Below, one piece after another: positions 59,906 to 64,000 of a DNA stretch of 64,000 nucleotides. This DNA comes from an uncultured delta proteobacterium (GTDB taxonomy: Bacteria; Desulfobacterota; BSN033; UBA1163). Location: positions 192,001 through 256,000 of the forward strand of contig CAWHBU010000006.1 of NCBI GenBank assembly GCA_963827685.1. The letters run 5' to 3'. Within the stretch, counting starts at the first letter, position 1, and the number at the start of each line of letters is the position of its first letter. The notes below the pieces were generated by a model. That model worked only from the letters and a program-made list of their open reading frames with translations. It made no database searches and was not told the origin of the DNA. Both the position numbers and the translations under genes were made by a program.

Positions 59906-60355
59906 ATGGTAATGTTTTTTGGTGTTTCATATGTCTATGCGCAAGAGCAGGGTGACCCTCCAAGGCATGGGTGGATGCACGGCGAGAAATCCTGGGGCCA
60001 AGGGAAGAGACTTAACCTCACCCCGGAGCAAAAGGCAAGGTTCCAGGAATTGCGTCGAAAGTTTATAGGAGAAAACGCTCAACTCATAGGTGCACTTGTG
60101 GTCAAAAGGCTGGAACTCAAGTCACTTTGGACCGATCCAAAAGCTGATTCCCGGGCTATTCTGGCTAAGGAGAGGGAGTTGAGAGACCTTAAAAACAGGA
60201 TGAAGGACAAGATTGTGCAGTATAGATTGGAAGCTCGCAATTCCCTCACGCCCGAACAGATTGAGAAGCTTGGAATGATGGGAGGAATGGGCTTTGGTTT
60301 TGGTCGTGGTTTCCACCACCGCCATGGCCAAGGAATGGGCCACCCTGGAATGTAG
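59873..60355 (+). CDS. Spy/CpxP/ZraP-family periplasmic chaperone / metal sensor
   Basis: Signal peptide, two LTPEQ motifs, Gly/His/Met-rich tails. Confidence 0.85.
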   Translation: MKKAIIALGLVMVMFFGVSYVYAQEQGDPPRHGWMHGEKSWGQGKRLNLTPEQKARFQELRRKFIGENAQLIGALVVKRLELKSLWTDPKADSRAILAKERELRDLKNRMKDKIVQYRLEARNSLTPEQIEKLGMMGGMGFGFGRGFHHRHGQGMGHPGM

Positions 60356-60519
60356 CAGTAGGAATGCGCATCAATTGGAATATAAGTAACCTCAAAAAAA
60401 GGAACCCAGATGAAAATAATAAACGGGAAAGAACGCGATTTGGATAACAGACTATCGGAAGGGGTCTGAAGCGGATTAAATCAACCTGCGCAGGACCTGG
60501 AAGCTGGATGGAGTAATCC

Positions 60520-60834
60520 GTGAGAAAGATTTTCCAAAGAAAATCGTTTCGGTTCACTCTTTTCATCCTTTTGTTTGCTGTCTGTGTCTATCCCCCTTTT
60601 CGGTTAATGACAGAGGCCAGAATTACTGCGGAACGGAAGTGGGAGTGTATTTTCACAGCACTCTCAACTCCATATGAAGTGCCTGAAGTTGATTTCGGAA
60701 TGTTGCTCATTGAGGCGATAATAGCTATTCCATTAGCCATCGGGATTTCTTTGATTTCTTGCGCTATCAAAACCGCCTTAAGACGAATAAACGTTGAAAG
60801 ATTAAAAGGACACTATCTCAGCAGAAAACTTTAA
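60520..60834 (+). CDS. Hypothetical 2-TM membrane protein
   Basis: Two hydrophobic segments, YPPF...W..IF; GGAG RBS before GTG. Confidence 0.5.
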   Translation: MRKIFQRKSFRFTLFILLFAVCVYPPFRLMTEARITAERKWECIFTALSTPYEVPEVDFGMLLIEAIIAIPLAIGISLISCAIKTALRRINVERLKGHYLSRKL

Positions 60835-60956
60835 TTCCATCGAAACAAACGTTTCGTGAAAAATCTGAGACGGGTGGGTATGTCCGCGTTGGGGCGTATT
60901 TGTAAATTTTTTCTATTGCCACTAAAAACAAGTTCGGTAAAAGGAGATGAGAAGAG

Positions 60957-61334
60957 ATGGAAAGAAAGAGGATAGTCTGTCTATTTCTTTTTGCTGTTCT
61001 TATTCTCGTTTTTTCTTCCTGCCACCCTCGTCATGTTTCAGACGTTAGACCTAACATGACGAAAGAAGAAGTGGTCTCTTTGTGGGGGAGGACAGATCTT
61101 ATCAGTTTTAGGACTGTTAATGGGAAAGCTGTTGAAACCTGGGAATATCACTTTTCAAACACCGATTCTATCTGTTGGGTCACTTTTTCTCAAGATAGAG
61201 TAACGGCTACGGAATGCCGTCGCCCTCCACGAGGTGGATATCGTTACCCATACCCATACTACCCATATTATTACCCATATCCATACCCTTATTACTACCC
61301 TTACTACTATCCCTATTTCCGTCATTGGAGGTAA
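60957..61334 (+). CDS. Lipoprotein (SmpA/BamE-like core) with Tyr/Pro-rich tail
   Basis: FSSC lipobox, MTKEEV..LWG, ETWEY; tail YPYPYYPYYYPYPYPYYYPYYYPY. Confidence 0.75.
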   Translation: MERKRIVCLFLFAVLILVFSSCHPRHVSDVRPNMTKEEVVSLWGRTDLISFRTVNGKAVETWEYHFSNTDSICWVTFSQDRVTATECRRPPRGGYRYPYPYYPYYYPYPYPYYYPYYYPYFRHWR

Positions 61335-61763
61335 CAAATGGCTTGTATGTCCATAAAGGGGGCGTTAAGGCACGGTGGCCTATGAATTTTACTGGTGAGA
61401 CTCAACAAAAGGGTATCAGCGGATTAGACCACTCCCTGAAAGGAGAAAGAACCCTGCAAGGATAACCCAGGAATCGGTTATGAATTGGGTGAGAAAGATT
61501 TTAGGCGAGAATATAGATTTTAACGACATCTTTTTCATCACAATAACGATATATAAAAATTCGGGTGAAATTCTTAGATTTAAGGAGTAAGGGGAATATT
61601 GAGAAATAAATCAATATTCGTATTCAACTGTCAAAGAACGTCTGGTAGTTCCAATAGATTAGGTTGTAAAATGCAGAGCGGGTCTTTATTTAACAGACTT
61701 CGTAGGAAGACTGGAGTGCGAGAAGACTTTATCATGGTCAGCAAGAGAGTGGAGGTGAGACTA

Positions 61764-62339
61764 ATGAAAAAATTACTTTCCATAGGTGCTACAGTTTTTT
61801 TGGTCTTGATACCATTAATGGTTAACGCACAGTCAGAGCAGAACAAACCGGGATCCCCTCCGATTGAACAGAGTTTGGTCCGTGAAGGTTCTTTTGCAAT
61901 GAAGCTGGCTGAGGCACTGAAGATGGGGCAGGCCAAGAGCGAGGCAGAAGCGGAGAGTAGGCTGGCCTCAATGGGCATCGCGCCACGGAACGGATGGATT
62001 GCTGATTATCCGGTGACGCCCGATATTATCGGAGAGGTGCGAAATGCTATCGGTGTGGCACTGGATTCCGGCAAATTAGCGATGAACAAAGACGAGGCGT
62101 TGATGGCGGTTCAGGTTCTTATTGATAATCAGTGGAGGCTGGCGGTTGCACCTAATAAAGAACAAGCGAGACAATACGGTGAGTATCCACCTGCTGTCTA
62201 TGAGGGATATGAAGGGGGATATGAACCATATTATTACCCCTATTATTACCCATATCCATACTACTACGGTGGTTATTACTACCTTGGTGGTTTTGGAGGC
62301 AGAGGATTCCGAGGAGGTGGTGGCAGAGGACACCGGTAA
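61764..62339 (+). CDS. Exported protein with Tyr/Pro- and Gly/Arg-rich tail
   Basis: GGAGG RBS, signal peptide, LVREG.FA..LA..L, GIAPRNGWIADYPVTPD; YYYPYYYPYPYYYGG...GGRGFRGG. Confidence 0.75.
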   Translation: MKKLLSIGATVFLVLIPLMVNAQSEQNKPGSPPIEQSLVREGSFAMKLAEALKMGQAKSEAEAESRLASMGIAPRNGWIADYPVTPDIIGEVRNAIGVALDSGKLAMNKDEALMAVQVLIDNQWRLAVAPNKEQARQYGEYPPAVYEGYEGGYEPYYYPYYYPYPYYYGGYYYLGGFGGRGFRGGGGRGHR

Positions 62340-62501
62340 AGATAAGGGGTAATGAGGAGGGAATATGCTCTTACTCCCGACTTTGAAACCAATTGGGGAA
62401 GAAGATTCGGGATTATTTTTGCCTCCTTTTTCAGGTGCGTAGAGAGGAGGCAAAAAATTCCGGTCTCTTATGGCTCATGATAAAATAGGAGGTGGAAAAA
62501 G

Positions 62502-62762
62502 ATGAAAAGAGTTTTATCAATAAGCACTTTCTTCCTGGTCTTTTTCCTGGCAACCGGTATAGCTTCGGCGCGGGTCTTTTTCGGTTTTGGATTCTTTCCC
62601 CCAGCTGTTATCGGTCCTCCAGTGATTGTCGCCCCCCCTCCGGCCTACTACCCGTATCCTTACGGTTATCGGGTGTGGGTGCCGGGCTACTGGAATAATA
62701 TATGGACTGATTACGGTTGGGAGAAAGTCTGGCATCCGGGACATTGGGAGTATCGTCCTTAA
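62502..62762 (+). CDS. Small exported Pro/Tyr-rich protein with WxPGxW repeats
   Basis: AGGAGG RBS, signal ending ASA, VAPPPAYYPYP, VWVPGYW, VWHPGHW. Confidence 0.75.
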   Translation: MKRVLSISTFFLVFFLATGIASARVFFGFGFFPPAVIGPPVIVAPPPAYYPYPYGYRVWVPGYWNNIWTDYGWEKVWHPGHWEYRP

Positions 62763-62898
62763 AAAGAGAGGTAGTCCATGTTGGATTTTGAAGCCAGGGT
62801 CAGAAGCATCGGGCCGCAGCCCTTTTGGATATCGAGCCGAGGCTGAGGAAGGTAAAGGGATATAGATAAATATGTTTTGGATTCTTTTGAAAATGGAT

Positions 62899-62914
62899 TG
62901 GCACAGGAGTTGCT
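62899..62914 (+). promoter_or_regulatory. Sigma-54 promoter (duplicate)
   Basis: TGGCAC-AGGAG-TTGCT. Confidence 0.75.
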
Positions 62915-63048
62915 GTCATATTAAATGCACAGATGTTTCGCTTGGGGATGGAATATAAATGCTTAAATTTTTGGAAGCGTAAAGAGTCATGAATAAAAAG
63001 CCTAAATGATACGTCAAAAAAAGAAAAAGATGAGAGGAGGTAAGATTT

Positions 63049-63920
63049 ATGAAAAAGGCAATAATTGTATGAGGATTGGTAGCTGGATATATCCCAAGAA
63101 CGATAATTTAGGAACCTCTGGCACTAATGTTGGTACCCATTATAAGAAATGGAGCCAGGGGGACTACCCAAGGAGGTTGTTTTATGAAGAGGAGGATGTT
63201 CATAGGATTATTTGTTGGAACGATGTTTCTAACATTGATGGGTCTCTCAAATAGAAGTTTTGCTCAAGTGAATATAAATGTCGGGATAAATGTCCCTCCG
63301 CCGCCACCCCTTGTCATTCCTGCACCGCCACCCATGTTCGTAATACCCGGGACATATGTCTACTTTGCCCCCGAGGTTGAAGCAGACATCTTTTTTTACC
63401 ACGGTTACTGGTACCGGCCCTATCAAGGGCACTGGTATCGATCTGGGAGCTACAATGGGCGTTGGGTTTATGTTGCTCCCCCCAAGGTGCCCACTGTTTT
63501 ATTAAATCTGCCGCCAGATTTTCGCCGTGTGCCGCCCGGACATCAACGCATCCCACATGAGCAACTTAAAAAGAACTGGAGGACATGGGAGAAAGAAAAG
63601 TACTGGGAAAAACATGAGCGTGAACATGGGGAAAGAGAGAGGCACGACTGAGAAAATTGGGGACATAAACGAGGCAAAGGAAACCACGACAATTAAATAT
63701 AATTGTATTTATGCTCATCCCGAGGCGTAAGGGGTTATTTATCACTTGCAGCATGGCAGCCTCGGGACAGACCTTGTTTTTTTTCTTGCCTTTTGTAAAT
63801 ACAGGATAGTCATTTTAGAAAGTTAGAGGTTTATAGAAGATAGTGGGTGGAGTGGGCCTTGGTTTTGGTCGTGGTTTCCACCACCACCATGGCCAAGGAA
63901 TGGGCCACTCCGGAATGTAG
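63049..63920 (+). pseudogene. Split second copy of the Spy/ZraP-like gene (5' piece 63049-63081, 3' piece ~63843-63920)
   Basis: MKKAIIV*GLV and GLGFGRGFHHHHGQGMGHSGM* match the ends of 59873-60355; middle replaced by unrelated DNA. Confidence 0.8.
63184..63651 (+). CDS. Exported Pro/aromatic-rich protein
   Basis: AGGAGG RBS, signal ending SFA, VNINVGINVPPPPP, FFYHGYWY...GHWYRS..YNGRW, His/Glu/Arg tail. Confidence 0.75.
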   Translation: MKRRMFIGLFVGTMFLTLMGLSNRSFAQVNINVGINVPPPPPLVIPAPPPMFVIPGTYVYFAPEVEADIFFYHGYWYRPYQGHWYRSGSYNGRWVYVAPPKVPTVLLNLPPDFRRVPPGHQRIPHEQLKKNWRTWEKEKYWEKHEREHGERERHD

Positions 63921-64000
63921 CAGCGATTAGGATACATATCAATTGGAGTAAGAAAAAAAAGGGGGAGGGAAAACTTTCCCTTTTTCTATATATAGACAAT

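Noticed and set aside
1-64000. CRISPR array or rRNA genes
   Set aside because: No regularly spaced repeat-spacer series or rRNA-like sequence seen; repeats are palindromic REP/MITE or tandem heptamers

Overview
64-kb window from an anaerobic deltaproteobacterium-like (Desulfobacterota-type) chromosome. The assignment is inferred from the tmRNA tag ANNYDYALAA, the AOR/2-oxoacid oxidoreductases, selenoproteins and a GEMM riboswitch. 1-13.7 kb is an accessory tract at the 3' end of ssrA: a MarR-linked catabolic operon (DRE-TIM lyase, cyclase, Mo-hydroxylase, Liv-type ABC importer), an MFS gene and decayed MGE genes. A core block follows: ssrA, smpB, ntrY-like kinase, rnpB, rnhA, tRNA-Ile2, rpoD, dnaG, mutS2, yqeY, rpsU. 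Next come a complete IS1202-type IS with a 16-bp TSD, acyl-CoA dehydrogenase, comEC, redox/metal-stress genes, a 2-oxoacid oxidoreductase operon, a broken R-M system with attC-like sites, and a sigma-54-linked cluster of exported Tyr/Pro-rich proteins. Highlights the ORF track misses: (1) smpB ends inside the tmRNA 5' end, so tmRNA maturation would make smpB mRNA non-stop (possible autoregulation); (2) two double-UGA selenoprotein candidates, one with a U-x-U motif; (3) a 276-bp TIR/TSD-bounded element folding like 6S RNA; (4) an oversized RNase P RNA with heptamer repeats in P12. All calls come from reading the sequence; no searches were run.
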